Shown: positions 1-12,207, counted from the first letter of the stretch. The stretch: DNA of 64,000 nucleotides from an uncultured Candidatus Poseidoniales archaeon (GCA_902563095.1 CACEWA010000003.1:1372-65371); one strand, 5' to 3'. The notes: generated by a model not told the origin, from the letters alone. Numbers and translations: made by a program.

Positions 1-546
1 AATAATTGGCATTCCCATGCCCGAGAATTGCACAGCAATTCCAATCGCAGTAGCTGCTGCTAAGCCCCTCATTACAAGAACCATTTTCGTAACCGGATTC
101 TTTCCCTTTGGTGCGGCAATAGGAACCCAAGTCATCCACAGTCCAAGACTAACTAAACATACCAGTCCAGCAACCCCCACTGCAGTTTCAGAAAAATGAT
201 TCAATGCTTCACTCAATGAAATCGTCATCAACACAGCAAGAACAGTCCAAAACCCGAGGCTAACGAAGATCATCTGGGCGAGGGTTGCTCCCTCTTTCAT
301 CCGTGGATAAACCACCCAAGACGCAACGAATAATGCATTCAATAGCATCCAGAATGGAATCAAAGACATGCTGGTTGCTAAATCAGCAGAACCTGCTTCG
401 ACGTACATACCCATAGCTGCTGGAACAATTGTAGTGGGGAGAGTCCCTAAGACTCCACCAACTATTCCTCCCCATTTTTCTATCGCTACAGTGACCAAAA
501 TTGCGACAAATCCTGCAAATAATGCTGACAGGATTACGGTCTGCAT
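1..546 (-). CDS. Integral membrane protein; C-terminus runs off the window edge (not in the supplied ORF track)
   Basis: Manual translation of the minus strand from the ATG at 546..544 gives an uninterrupted 182-codon frame to position 1 (MQTVILSALFAGFVAILVTVAIEKWGGIVGGVLGTLPTTIVPAAMG...). It contains several helix-length hydrophobic segments. The + strand track ORFs 17..199 and 368..568 look like antisense shadows. Confidence 0.55.
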   Translation of the reverse strand, partial: MQTVILSALFAGFVAILVTVAIEKWGGIVGGVLGTLPTTIVPAAMGMYVEAGSADLATSMSLIPFWMLLNALFVASWVVYPRMKEGATLAQMIFVSLGFWTVLAVLMTISLSEALNHFSETAVGVAGLVCLVSLGLWMTWVPIAAPKGKNPVTKMVLVMRGLAAATAIGIAVQFSGMGMPII

Positions 547-584
547 AGACTTAACCACAGGAAGGTAAGGTATTGATATTCGCT

Positions 585-914
585 TCAAATTAGATATTTC
601 TCTAACTTAGAATAGAATCTCTCAATGTTATTTCCAGACCATGAATCAAGCATTTTCCCATCTGAGAATATAGCGTTAAATGGAAGAACATCGATGTTAG
701 AAATCCATTTTTGTTCCATCTTCAATTCTGCCAATCCAGAATCACTCAAAACGACTTTACACATTTCTAAGGAATGTAGATTTTCACTTGAATTTATTTC
801 CAATTCTAAATGTTCACACTGTTCACAACCGCTCTTTGAAAACATAACATAGATTTTTTTTAGATAAAAATAATCCTTCCAATTTGAACTATTTATCCGA
901 TGTAATCTAGACAT
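585..914 (-). CDS. Small thioredoxin/glutaredoxin-fold-like protein with a CxxC motif
   Basis: 109-aa ORF. A hydrophobic strand is followed by SGCEQCEHLE (CxxC at the strand-helix junction typical of the thioredoxin fold). It is divergent from katG. Fold assignment is by motif only. Confidence 0.4.
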   Translation of the reverse strand: MSRLHRINSSNWKDYFYLKKIYVMFSKSGCEQCEHLELEINSSENLHSLEMCKVVLSDSGLAELKMEQKWISNIDVLPFNAIFSDGKMLDSWSGNNIERFYSKLEKYLI

Positions 915-959
915 AGTTTCTCACCGGAATTAGATTTGCCATTCTAATGGACACTATAG

Positions 960-3137
<2,178 letters not shown>

Positions 3138-3186
3138 TTTTGATTGAAATCGAAACGGATATACGCCGGCGATTATTGGTCGTGCT

Positions 3187-3654
3187 ATGGTCAATATTGG
3201 AGACACCGCACCAGCCTTTACCCTGAAAACTACTGACAAGAGTGACGTAAGCCTTGCTGACTACAGCGGAAAAACGGTCATTCTAGCGTTTTATCCAGGA
3301 GCATTCACAGGAGTTTGCGACAAAGAGATGTGTGCTTTCCAGGACAATCTAGCAAAACTCAACGATAGCAATTCAACCGTTTTAGGAATCAGTGTTGATT
3401 CTCCGTGGGCAAACGCAGAGTTCGCGCGAAAGTACAACCTCGAGTTCACTTTACTCTCTGATGTCGACCGTAAGGTAGTCACTGCATATGATGCTACTTT
3501 CGTTGGACTTGGCGGCATTGAAGGCTATGTTTCAGCCAACAGAGTTGTTATTGTAATCGACAAAGAAGGCGTAGTACAACATCGCTGGGTTGCTGAAAAC
3601 CCTGGTGTCGAACCTGACTACGACGCTGTAGTCGCCTTCGCAGCATCTCTGTGA
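3187..3654 (+). CDS. Peroxiredoxin (AhpC/TSA family, Bcp/PrxQ-like)
   Basis: 155 aa. GDTAPAFTL...VILAFYPGAFTGVCDKEMC matches the peroxidatic-Cys PxxxTxxC context. It lies immediately downstream of katG. Confidence 0.9.
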   Translation: MVNIGDTAPAFTLKTTDKSDVSLADYSGKTVILAFYPGAFTGVCDKEMCAFQDNLAKLNDSNSTVLGISVDSPWANAEFARKYNLEFTLLSDVDRKVVTAYDATFVGLGGIEGYVSANRVVIVIDKEGVVQHRWVAENPGVEPDYDAVVAFAASL

Positions 3655-3666
3655 TTTGGGTTTAGT

Positions 3667-6588
3667 TCATCTATTTTCGAACTTAGCCCAAGCAATTTCA
3701 CTTGATGAACGGAAATACCAGGTGCCACTTGCTAGAGGCCATTCTATCCAATAATAACCATCATCGTTTAACACTCCAGTTGCTGTTTCAGGAGGCGGAA
3801 GTTCCAGAGGAGGAGGTGTTAGGCTTGGCTTATTCTCTGGCTCTGCAACCTCTTCATTTAGCACAGTTGGTGCTGCCAGGTCTACCTCCTGGGAACCTCC
3901 TCCTTTCCTTCTCTTCATTACTCCGACAACGATTATGACAATTACAACAATAGCAATACCAGTAAACATGAATGTGTTTGAAGAAATACCCTCGCTACTG
4001 CTCTTGGATTCATCTTCGGATTCTAATGGGCAACCCCATTTTTCCTCGTTGAACTCGCTTTCTCCAGTGGTTTCATTCACTACCATTTCCCTCTGTTCAT
4101 ATCCGAACTCTTCAGGACACTTGTCAATGGAAACGAATCCAGTTGATTCTCTATAGTAATCCATTATACCATCGTCATCTTGATCGTAGTAGAAATTACA
4201 AAATCCTTCGAGCCCCCCCTCCCACCAGGCTACTCGATCTCCTTCTTGTTCTAGGTGCTTCTCTATACTGGTGTCTGGACTAATGCTCGGGTCAAGAGGG
4301 TCACCGTAACAGGGGGAAGTTTCCTTGAATGATGATTCATATTCATCATAGTAGCCATCATTATCATCATCAGGGTCTTCATTAAATGACGAAATGTAAG
4401 ACGGTAATTGTATGTTATCAACTCTATTACCTTCACCAAGAACAGTTCCATAAACCTTCAAAACATGGTTGCCTTCGGTCAAATTTATTGTTACATTATC
4501 ATAATAGGAAACCGTGAATAAGTCCATAGAACAACCATAATCTACTGGATTGCCATCAAGATAAATTGGCATACACTGCCTTTCTGTGACAGCTGATATA
4601 ATGTATACTTGGAATGAGATCACGCTATTTTCTGTGGCGGAAAAAGATATCGAAAAGTGTCCTGTGTCACTAGCCCACATCTGTTGATACAAGCTATATT
4701 GGCCGGTTATGGAATCATTTGATACAATGAATGGGGCATAATCTGGCATACACATGCCTGCTAAATTATCTGAACAGTGCATGTTTACTCCATTGTAAGA
4801 ACCATCCTCAAAATCGATCAGTTTACCTTCTGTCATTCCATACACATAGTCAGCTAATCCATCTCCGTCAGTGTCCTTGTTTCGCAATTCGTCATATGGG
4901 AAGTCATCATTCTCATTTAGCACATCGTCACCGTCCATGTCTGTATCGGTATTATCTCCTATACCATCTCCATCTGTGTCATTTGCTTCGCTTGGATCTT
5001 CAGGAAATACGTCTTTATCATTACCTACTCCATCACCATCGTTATCCAATAAGTCATCGCAACCGTCAACTATCCCATCATTGTCTATGTCAATAGAATC
5101 GTTGTGACCTTCACATCTATCTGAATTATCACCAATACCGTCCATATCTGAATCAACAGTCTCGCTAGAATCTGCGGGGAATAAATCAACGTCATCGGTT
5201 ACTCCATCACCATCGCTATCATCAATGCAGCCGTCTAGATTATTGTCATATCCAGTTGCATCTACACTAGGGCACTGATCTAGATGGTCGAATACACCAT
5301 CATTGTCATTGTCATCAATACAACCGTCCTTGTCCGCGTCATAATCCGAGTTGCCTTCACTTGGGCAGGCATCGCCAAGAAGATGGATGCCATCTGAATC
5401 CACATCTGGATAAGTTAACTTAGTGTAGTGAGGAATACCTGAATTATTATGATGAGCAACATGCAAATTACCATCCTCACCAATCATACTTGAGGCAGAA
5501 TATCTCGCCCCGTCAGAGGAAACATTCACACCTTGAGTAAACCAGTCTACTTGATTGTGTGATGCGATTTTCAAAGACCTGTTATCGATGTCCAAATAAG
5601 TGATGTGAGGGGAGTTGTCCACATCAATAACCACCGAAGTATCACTAAATGCTCCCTGATCATCAACTACCGATTTATTCCAACTACTGTCTTCGTTTTG
5701 GAATACAAATTTTACTGCTCCGCTAGAATTGGTGTAAGATATAAATGCCTGATTTGTGGAATCGAAAGCGATGGATGATTCTGAAGCACCCACCTCTATT
5801 CTTTTGTTATCCCATGAGCCAAAATTCCCGGACGTGTACCAGAGTCCATTCTGATTTGATGTTGTGAAAATCTCGTATGTGCCGTGAATTTTATCATTGG
5901 AATCTATGTTGATTTCTGTTACATAAACTCCTCCTCGATCATCCGATGTATCCCTTCTTACTGTTGGATAAGCAATGGTTTCCTTTTGCCAATTCCCGTC
6001 TCCAGATGATGTTGCATATCGTAAATGCAAGGATGTATCCTCATACCAGCTGTTATAATTTTCAAAGGTATACAAGATATGTATATTGTCCATCGAGTCT
6101 AATTCGATTGAATTTGCTGCTCCTCTGCGATTTGCGGTATCGACCGAAACGGTTGACCACTCGCCAGATGAGTCTGTTGTATACATCAAGTCATATTCGT
6201 TCCCATACCATGAGATGTGAACGTTATCGTTTGAATCCAATGCAAAATCAAAGTTTTGGGCAGTTGCGTAAAAATCTAATTGTTCAGAAACCCACTGACC
6301 ACCTTTATTTGTGGCATAAATCAGAGTTGAGTAATTTGACAAAAACATCGCATGTGTATTTCCTTCAGAATCAGTATCCATTACAACTTTACTCCAATAA
6401 TACCATGCGCTCCTGGGTTCAAATTCTTCAATGAGTTCAGTCTCAACTGCAAAGTTATCATCATCTGAATCTGAGAAGAAATTAGATTGTATTAACAACT
6501 TGTCACCTTTATCCTCAAGTAGCAAACTATTTGCTAATGTTGATAATAACAAAACAAATGACACAGTTAATACTCGAAACCAGCCCAT
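3667..6588 (-). CDS. Large secreted, C-terminally membrane-anchored surface protein with thrombospondin type-3-like Ca-binding repeats
   Basis: 973 aa. N-terminal signal-like MGWFRVLTVSFVLLLSTLANS. The central part has many DxDxDGxxDxxD repeats (DSDGI, DADKDGCIDDNDNDGVFD, DTDGDGIGDNTDTDMDGDD). C-terminal TM helix FTGIAIVVIVIIVVGVM is followed by KRRKGGG and a Pro-rich tail. Confidence 0.8.
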   Translation of the reverse strand: MGWFRVLTVSFVLLLSTLANSLLLEDKGDKLLIQSNFFSDSDDDNFAVETELIEEFEPRSAWYYWSKVVMDTDSEGNTHAMFLSNYSTLIYATNKGGQWVSEQLDFYATAQNFDFALDSNDNVHISWYGNEYDLMYTTDSSGEWSTVSVDTANRRGAANSIELDSMDNIHILYTFENYNSWYEDTSLHLRYATSSGDGNWQKETIAYPTVRRDTSDDRGGVYVTEINIDSNDKIHGTYEIFTTSNQNGLWYTSGNFGSWDNKRIEVGASESSIAFDSTNQAFISYTNSSGAVKFVFQNEDSSWNKSVVDDQGAFSDTSVVIDVDNSPHITYLDIDNRSLKIASHNQVDWFTQGVNVSSDGARYSASSMIGEDGNLHVAHHNNSGIPHYTKLTYPDVDSDGIHLLGDACPSEGNSDYDADKDGCIDDNDNDGVFDHLDQCPSVDATGYDNNLDGCIDDSDGDGVTDDVDLFPADSSETVDSDMDGIGDNSDRCEGHNDSIDIDNDGIVDGCDDLLDNDGDGVGNDKDVFPEDPSEANDTDGDGIGDNTDTDMDGDDVLNENDDFPYDELRNKDTDGDGLADYVYGMTEGKLIDFEDGSYNGVNMHCSDNLAGMCMPDYAPFIVSNDSITGQYSLYQQMWASDTGHFSISFSATENSVISFQVYIISAVTERQCMPIYLDGNPVDYGCSMDLFTVSYYDNVTINLTEGNHVLKVYGTVLGEGNRVDNIQLPSYISSFNEDPDDDNDGYYDEYESSFKETSPCYGDPLDPSISPDTSIEKHLEQEGDRVAWWEGGLEGFCNFYYDQDDDGIMDYYRESTGFVSIDKCPEEFGYEQREMVVNETTGESEFNEEKWGCPLESEDESKSSSEGISSNTFMFTGIAIVVIVIIVVGVMKRRKGGGSQEVDLAAPTVLNEEVAEPENKPSLTPPPLELPPPETATGVLNDDGYYWIEWPLASGTWYFRSSSEIAWAKFENR
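4820..5410 (-). repeat. In-frame tandem array of Asp-rich TSP3-like calcium-binding repeats inside the surface protein gene
   Basis: Recurrent DxDxDGxxDxxD units are visible in the translation of roughly residues 395-590. Boundaries are approximate. Confidence 0.6.
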
Positions 6589-6628
6589 GTTAATTCTATG
6601 AGTTTATGCTACTTATACATTCCATACC

Positions 6629-7504
6629 TCACATTTTTGTGGGTTTAAATTGAACAATTAGTGATATCCAAATAACCAAAATAGGTATTGAATAAATCAA
6701 ATCAAGCGCTGAAATAAACCACAAACCTGTGTAAAAAATTGCAATAACGCTAGCAAGGCCGATTACTAGAAATGGTGCGATTTTGGGCTTTGGATGAATG
6801 AAACTGTATGCGAGATAACCTCCGCCAAAGTAAGCAAATAAATAGGCAAATACAACATATATAATCCCTAAAAATAATCCAAAGATTGCAAATTCCGGGA
6901 TTAGATTCGGCCGTAATATGATTAATTCAATCGCTAAAAATATCGCTGCAAAATTATGCATTATTTGTTCATGGAAAAGGAACATGTGGTCTACATTGCG
7001 ACCTAGTTTTGCTTCATCAGGCAAGATGATGTGACGAACTATAGTTGCTGTTAGAAAGGCTATTGCTATACCGGTACAAAACGCAAATACCTGGATTTGA
7101 GAAAGGATGTGTGGGCTTGAAATTTCAAGATAATCGAGAGTTTGAACCAGACTAGCACTGGCGAAATAAATTACGTTTACAAGTAATGTCCAACTACTGA
7201 AAGTTATGAATTTTTCAATCCCATCCGGGTGATATATCGCTTCTTCAGAATTTTTTAACATCTGTACTCTCATATTCCCAGGTCCGCAATTGAACATGTA
7301 GATAATAGCACAAATACCAACTGATAAGCAGATTAAGCGCCATGTAAGTACTAATGATGAAGTTGAATGGAAACTATTGACTGATTGGTTGACGAGACTC
7401 AGCAAATCGATATTGATGGCATAAAGTAAGACGCCCATTCCTACAAAGAAGATTGTCGAAATTGTGTAACGGGTAAAGTCTGCTTCTATGTTTTCATCGC
7501 TCAT
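6629..7504 (-). CDS. Polytopic membrane protein, unknown function
   Basis: 291 aa with about 8 hydrophobic helix-length segments. No recognisable catalytic motif. Confidence 0.6.
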   Translation of the reverse strand: MSDENIEADFTRYTISTIFFVGMGVLLYAINIDLLSLVNQSVNSFHSTSSLVLTWRLICLSVGICAIIYMFNCGPGNMRVQMLKNSEEAIYHPDGIEKFITFSSWTLLVNVIYFASASLVQTLDYLEISSPHILSQIQVFAFCTGIAIAFLTATIVRHIILPDEAKLGRNVDHMFLFHEQIMHNFAAIFLAIELIILRPNLIPEFAIFGLFLGIIYVVFAYLFAYFGGGYLAYSFIHPKPKIAPFLVIGLASVIAIFYTGLWFISALDLIYSIPILVIWISLIVQFKPTKM

Positions 7505-7553
7505 TACTTATCTCCAGCATCGTATTCTATTCTAGGGAATATTGCCTGGCAGA

Positions 7554-8339
7554 TTATTCAAATGGGTCTAAGTGAATCAGTTGCTCTACATCGATTCTCT
7601 TGTAGCCGCGCTCTTCAGCATCTTCACCGGCCTTGACTAGCATTCTTCGCATCCAGCCCAGCATCATCAGATCCTTCATCTTGTCAATTGCATCGATAAA
7701 TGCTGCAGGATTCGAGCCTAGTTGTGCGTGCTCTCTGATGTTTTGACCTACTTCATCAACCACCTCATAATACCAAAGAAGTAATTCCTCAATTGCTGCA
7801 TCTGTAACTGACATTCCTGCGAATGCTCTCGACATCTTTCTTACTACTGAAGGAGTTAGAGCAGAACCACTAATTTGGCCCTCAAGTACGTCTTCTTCTA
7901 CTTCGACTGCGATGGATTCCGTAGTTTCTGTCTGTTCAGCAGAAGTCGATGTTACTGCAGAAAGATGTCGTGGTTTAATCGTGTTAACTCGATCTTTGGC
8001 TGCTGCACTTTCAGCTGCATGTAGGATTTTCTTGAGGTGGGTTTCAAGATGTTCAATTCCTGCCTGTACAGCCTCTGAACCTACGCTCTCTAATTCTCCT
8101 AATCTCTCAATCATCAACTCTCGAGTTCGGTTGTAGTTCAGTCGAGTACGATTCGTATCATCAAGTGTCTTCTTATCTGGAGTTGCAGCAAGGGTTGCTG
8201 CTTCCATTGCTGGAACCATGTTATCAATTTCAGCAACTAGCATGTCGACCAATTGCTCTTTGACTGCGCCAGATAAGCGCATGTCGGTAAATCCAGAGGA
8301 AACAAAACCAATGTGACTAGTTGAATACGGCTTTGCCAT
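7554..8339 (-). CDS. Hypothetical protein with two to three histone-fold-like segments
   Basis: 261 aa. HIGFVSSGFTDMRLSGAVKEQLVDMLVAEIDNMVPAMEAATLAATPDKKTLDD lines up by eye with the alpha1-L1-alpha2-L2 pattern of archaeal histones (IGRIIKDAGAERVSDDARITLAKILEEMG...GRKTIKAEDI). Similar patterns occur at ...KKILHAAESAAAKDRVNTIKPRHLSAV and VVRKMSRAFAGMSVTDAAIEELLLWYYEVVDEVGQNIREHA. Confidence 0.4.
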   Translation of the reverse strand: MAKPYSTSHIGFVSSGFTDMRLSGAVKEQLVDMLVAEIDNMVPAMEAATLAATPDKKTLDDTNRTRLNYNRTRELMIERLGELESVGSEAVQAGIEHLETHLKKILHAAESAAAKDRVNTIKPRHLSAVTSTSAEQTETTESIAVEVEEDVLEGQISGSALTPSVVRKMSRAFAGMSVTDAAIEELLLWYYEVVDEVGQNIREHAQLGSNPAAFIDAIDKMKDLMMLGWMRRMLVKAGEDAEERGYKRIDVEQLIHLDPFE

Positions 8340-8606
8340 CTACTCCACCAGTCCGTCCTCACGGCCGATGGCTTGTGATATTTCCCATGCGTGGAAACAC
8401 TCGTGTCCTCCGAGGAAACCTCCGGCTTCTCTGGTTGGACCGATGAATTCGGATGCGCAAAATTGGCAGAATACATGTACTACTAATTCGTTGAAGTATG
8501 TGCCATTTGGTGTTACTCGCTTAGGGATTCTCTTTCCAACATCTGACTCATCCCAATCACTCTGTTTCTCTGTGAAGTCTTCATCAAGAACTATTTTTTC
8601 ACTCAT
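8340..8606 (-). CDS. Small hypothetical protein (possible Cys/His metal site)
   Basis: 88-aa ORF abutting the downstream gene (8339/8340). Contains CQFC...HECFH. No family recognised. Confidence 0.4.
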   Translation of the reverse strand: MSEKIVLDEDFTEKQSDWDESDVGKRIPKRVTPNGTYFNELVVHVFCQFCASEFIGPTREAGGFLGGHECFHAWEISQAIGREDGLVE

Positions 8607-8610
8607 TTAA

Positions 8611-9828
8611 TCACCATTCAGTTATCCAAGGAATCGCTCCATCCGCAGTAATTGGACGCATTCCTTCATCATCCCTTACCCAAGTATCTTCACTGCCAAT
8701 ACTTCCATCGACATGAACCACTTTTGGTTCAATTGCCATCGTACCACCAATTGGAAGAGGTCGGTCGAAACCTTCCGCCACTACTGGAGATTCATCTAGT
8801 TGCAATCCTACGGAGTGCCCAAGGAAACGGGATTGGTCTGGAGCCATGCCCATAAGGTGCTCACCGTGTCCCAATTCTTCCGCTAAAGCGAGACCTTGAC
8901 GCCATGCTTGTGAACAATCTAGGCCTTGATCTAAGACGTCTACAACCTCTTCTTTGACAGCAACCATGTCTTCTAATCTCTCTTCCCATATCGATGGCAA
9001 AGAGCCAGCTACGAACATTCTAGTTGTATCTACAACATAGCCCCTGTGAAGATGAACCAAGTCGACTAGAACCGGTTCGTTAGCCTTGATTTTGGTAAAT
9101 CCACTACCCATTGAGGCCATTGGATGAGGGCCTGTACCTCCGATTGCTGAATCGAAAAATGACGGGACTCCTCCTGCCCTACCAGAAACAATTACTCCGC
9201 GGTCACACTGAAGTGGGAACCTACGCATCTGCACATTACCACCAAACCCTGCAGCACGGCTGACTGCCTCTGCAGCTGCGACAAGTTCGATTTCAGGAAC
9301 ACCTTCTCCTCCAACTGCAGATACCGCTTCAAACATTGCCATCTGCACATCTGCACCTTCTGCCATCATTTCTAATTCCCAATCGCTCTTCACTTCTCTT
9401 TGAGAATGTACGATTTGGGTGCAATCTTGAGTTGCTGAAACCTTTGAAGCGAAGCGGGTTGCAAATGAATGAGGCAGTTCACCAAACTGCATAGCAGGAA
9501 TACAGCCTATCTCTTCTGCGAAAGTGGCCATCCTTGGGAATGATTCAACAGAATGTGGTGAGTCACTTCCCCCAGATTCATGCTTAGCCCTGGATAGAGA
9601 GCGCCTAACAAATAATCTTGAATCCCCTTCCGCAGTTACCAATAGAGATGCATTTTGCCGGCCTCCAGCATAGTAGTACAAATCAACAGGTGTCTGAATT
9701 AGCGCTGCTTCAAGTCCTTCCTTTGAAAGTCTAGAAGCGAGTTCATTCTGCCTAGATTCTAATTCGGAAACTGGAACTCTCCAGTCTTCCCCTTCAGGGC
9801 CAACTAACGATGTAAGTTCGCCCTCCAT
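8611..9828 (-). CDS. M24-family metallopeptidase (Xaa-Pro aminopeptidase/prolidase-like)
   Basis: 405 aa. N-terminal creatinase-like domain plus a pita-bread domain with LGHSVGLQLDESP, GGTMAIEPKV and SEDTWVRDDEG, placed where M24 metal ligands normally fall. Confidence 0.85.
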   Translation of the reverse strand: MEGELTSLVGPEGEDWRVPVSELESRQNELASRLSKEGLEAALIQTPVDLYYYAGGRQNASLLVTAEGDSRLFVRRSLSRAKHESGGSDSPHSVESFPRMATFAEEIGCIPAMQFGELPHSFATRFASKVSATQDCTQIVHSQREVKSDWELEMMAEGADVQMAMFEAVSAVGGEGVPEIELVAAAEAVSRAAGFGGNVQMRRFPLQCDRGVIVSGRAGGVPSFFDSAIGGTGPHPMASMGSGFTKIKANEPVLVDLVHLHRGYVVDTTRMFVAGSLPSIWEERLEDMVAVKEEVVDVLDQGLDCSQAWRQGLALAEELGHGEHLMGMAPDQSRFLGHSVGLQLDESPVVAEGFDRPLPIGGTMAIEPKVVHVDGSIGSEDTWVRDDEGMRPITADGAIPWITEW

Positions 9829-9892
9829 GGCTCATTCCTAGTGTCATTAGTTCAAAACGACTTCCTTTGCAGACCTTCTACCTTGAGACGGT

Positions 9893-10846
9893 CTATTCTG
9901 CCTTGACAGCCTCGGGAACATAGGCTTCTGTGGATTCCAGCCTTTGCTCTGCAATACTACAGTATTCGTCTGATATATCACATCCAACGTAAATTCTACC
10001 AGATTGTTTAGCAGCAACTGCCGTTGTACCAGAGCCAAGGAATGGGTCGAATACAACATCCCCCAAGAATGTGAACATCTCGATGCACCGCTTTGGTAAT
10101 TCTACCGGGAAAGGCGCCGGATGATTCACTCTCTTTGCCGATTCAGTAGAGAATGACCAAATCGATTTTGTTTGCTGAATGAATTCATCACGTCCAATTG
10201 TGTCAATCCTGCCATCTGCTCTTTCGTTCTTGGTCCTAGGTAACTTGTAATCACCTTTGGAGAACATCAGCATGTACTCATGAATATCTCGCAAGCATGG
10301 ATTCGATGCTGATTGGAATGAACCCCATGCACATGATGAGCCTGCGCTAGCAGACTTGTCCCAAATCACTTCACCTCGGTGCATAAATCCAATTTCATGC
10401 ATTATCAAATTGATATGACTGGCTAGGGGAATGTACGGTTTACGACCAAGATTTGCCACATTTACTACCATCCTTCCACCGGGTGTAAGAATACGATAGC
10501 ATTCCCTGAAAACCTCATGCAATAATCCAAGATATTCTGCCAGAGATAGATCCTCATCATATGCTTTAGAGGCATTATATGGAGGTGAGGTTACAACCAA
10601 ATGCACACAATTATCTGGAATTGGCACATTCCTAGAATCGCCGTTGATTACGATGTTTTCTAATTCAGAAGGGAGTTCCTGTGCCTCGCCTACATCTCTT
10701 TGTGAAACTAAATCATCATACATTCTTGAGTTGTAGTAGACTGAGGAATCGTGGCCTTCTCTCTTGGAAACTCCAAATGAAGAGGTTGAAGTTTTTGCAC
10801 GCTTACGAGGGCCTTCCAAAGAATCCTCGCGCGCCATGCTTGCCAT
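9893..10846 (-). CDS. DNA amino-methyltransferase (N6-adenine or N4-cytosine, beta class), apparently orphan
   Basis: 317 aa. Motif IV TSPPYN precedes motif I VFDPFLGSGTTAVAA, the beta-class order of the N6_N4_Mtase family. No adjacent restriction gene. Confidence 0.85.
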   Translation of the reverse strand: MASMAREDSLEGPRKRAKTSTSSFGVSKREGHDSSVYYNSRMYDDLVSQRDVGEAQELPSELENIVINGDSRNVPIPDNCVHLVVTSPPYNASKAYDEDLSLAEYLGLLHEVFRECYRILTPGGRMVVNVANLGRKPYIPLASHINLIMHEIGFMHRGEVIWDKSASAGSSCAWGSFQSASNPCLRDIHEYMLMFSKGDYKLPRTKNERADGRIDTIGRDEFIQQTKSIWSFSTESAKRVNHPAPFPVELPKRCIEMFTFLGDVVFDPFLGSGTTAVAAKQSGRIYVGCDISDEYCSIAEQRLESTEAYVPEAVKAE

Positions 10847-10944
10847 CGCTCAATGTGGGTATATGAGATTTCGCGCCTTTGCTCGGCATTGGACGCGCGT
10901 TTGGACCGGTCGAATCAAAAACCGCAAGCATGTGGGATTGCTTG

Positions 10945-12207
10945 ATGGCAAAGGTCCTCACCCTCGACGAGGTCGACCTCGACGGGCGCACTGTGCTGGT
11001 ACGCGTTGACATCAATTCGCCTCTTGACCCAAAAACCAATTTGTTCTTGGACGATACAAGAATACGCAGAATATTGCCAACTTTGAACCGATTATCAAAA
11101 TCCAAAGTTGTATTGTTGTCTCACCAATCTAGGCCAGGAAAGAAGGATTTCACATCAACTCTAGGACATGCTAGAGAATTGGGAAGATTGCTAGGTCGTA
11201 ATGTAAAATGGGTCGATGATATCTATGGTAAAAAGGCCTTGGCTGCAATAGAAAACCTCGAAGACGGCGAGTTGTTAATGCTCAACAATGTGCGTATGGA
11301 TGATGAAGAAAACAACACCAAGGGCGGATTCGATTTGATGGCTGAAACTCAGATGGTTCAGAATCTTTCAATGATCGCTGATGCATTTGTTAACGATGCT
11401 TTCGCATGTGCTCACAGGAGTTCTCCATCAATTGTTGGTTTTACCAACACCTTACCTTGTATTGCTGGCGAATTGATGAACTATGAATTGTCTAAACTAG
11501 GTCAAGCTTTGGAAAACCCAAAAAGGCCATGTATCGCAGTATTAGGAGGAATCAAAGTCGATGATTCTGTCACAGTAGCAGAAAATATGCTACGAGGTGG
11601 AACTTGTGACCACATCTGGGTCACAGGCGGTGTGGCAAATCTATTCCTATACATTTCTAACATCGATATTGGTGAGGTGAATGTTAACTTCCTCAAAGGT
11701 GAACTTGGAAACTCTTGGGAAGATACGGTTTCTAAGGCAAGCAAGTTGCTAGTCGATTTCCCAGAGTGCATCATTATGCCTAGTGACGTGGCATTACACA
11801 TGACTGGAAACCGAGTTGACCATCCAATCCAAAACCTACCTATCGAAGCCCCGATTTTCGACCTAGGAATTACCAGCATTCGCGCTCTTTCAAAGGCCAT
11901 CAAGAGTGCGGGAACAATCATTCTCAACGGCCCTGCTGGGGTTTTCGAGCAAACCGACTTTGCGCTAGGAACTGTCGAAATGTTGAACGCGTGCGCAGAA
12001 GGTAATGGCTACGCTGTCATGGGTGGAGGTCACACTGCAACTTTGGTTAGCCAACGTGGCCTTACTCGCAAGATGGGGCATGTATCAACTGGCGGCGGTG
12101 CATGCCTTGAGTTATTAGCTGGAAGAGTTCTGCCTGGTGTTGCCTCTCTAGAGGAATCTGCTGAGCAGTTTAGATTCTCAATTTCTAAGCCTCTTGACCA
12201 CCAGTGA
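10945..12207 (+). CDS. pgk: Phosphoglycerate kinase, archaeal type
   Basis: MAKVLTLDEVDLDGRTVLVRVDINSPLD..., LLSHQSRPGKKDF (archaeal HQxRPG rather than bacterial SHLGRP), GGGHT...STGGGA. I chose the ATG at 10945. The track ORF begins further upstream at 10879. Confidence 0.93.
   Translation: MAKVLTLDEVDLDGRTVLVRVDINSPLDPKTNLFLDDTRIRRILPTLNRLSKSKVVLLSHQSRPGKKDFTSTLGHARELGRLLGRNVKWVDDIYGKKALAAIENLEDGELLMLNNVRMDDEENNTKGGFDLMAETQMVQNLSMIADAFVNDAFACAHRSSPSIVGFTNTLPCIAGELMNYELSKLGQALENPKRPCIAVLGGIKVDDSVTVAENMLRGGTCDHIWVTGGVANLFLYISNIDIGEVNVNFLKGELGNSWEDTVSKASKLLVDFPECIIMPSDVALHMTGNRVDHPIQNLPIEAPIFDLGITSIRALSKAIKSAGTIILNGPAGVFEQTDFALGTVEMLNACAEGNGYAVMGGGHTATLVSQRGLTRKMGHVSTGGGACLELLAGRVLPGVASLEESAEQFRFSISKPLDHQ

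Noticed and set aside
17-568. + strand track ORFs 17..199 and 368..568
   Set aside because: Both lie antisense to an uninterrupted minus-strand membrane-protein frame (1..546) with a far more protein-like sequence.
3702-6434. + strand ORFs antisense to the TSP3 surface protein (3702..3938, 3935..4156, 4731..5096, 4871..5107, 5946..6434) and the nested same-strand out-of-frame ORF 4263..4451
   Set aside because: They are antisense (or, for 4263..4451, out-of-frame) readings of a repeat-rich gene. Their His/Leu/Ser-rich translations mirror the Asp-codon repeats.
10681-11105. ORFs 10681..10866, 10764..11009 and 10803..11105 around the methyltransferase/pgk divergent region
   Set aside because: They overlap the ends of two confidently called genes. 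Their Arg-rich translations are typical of out-of-frame reading.
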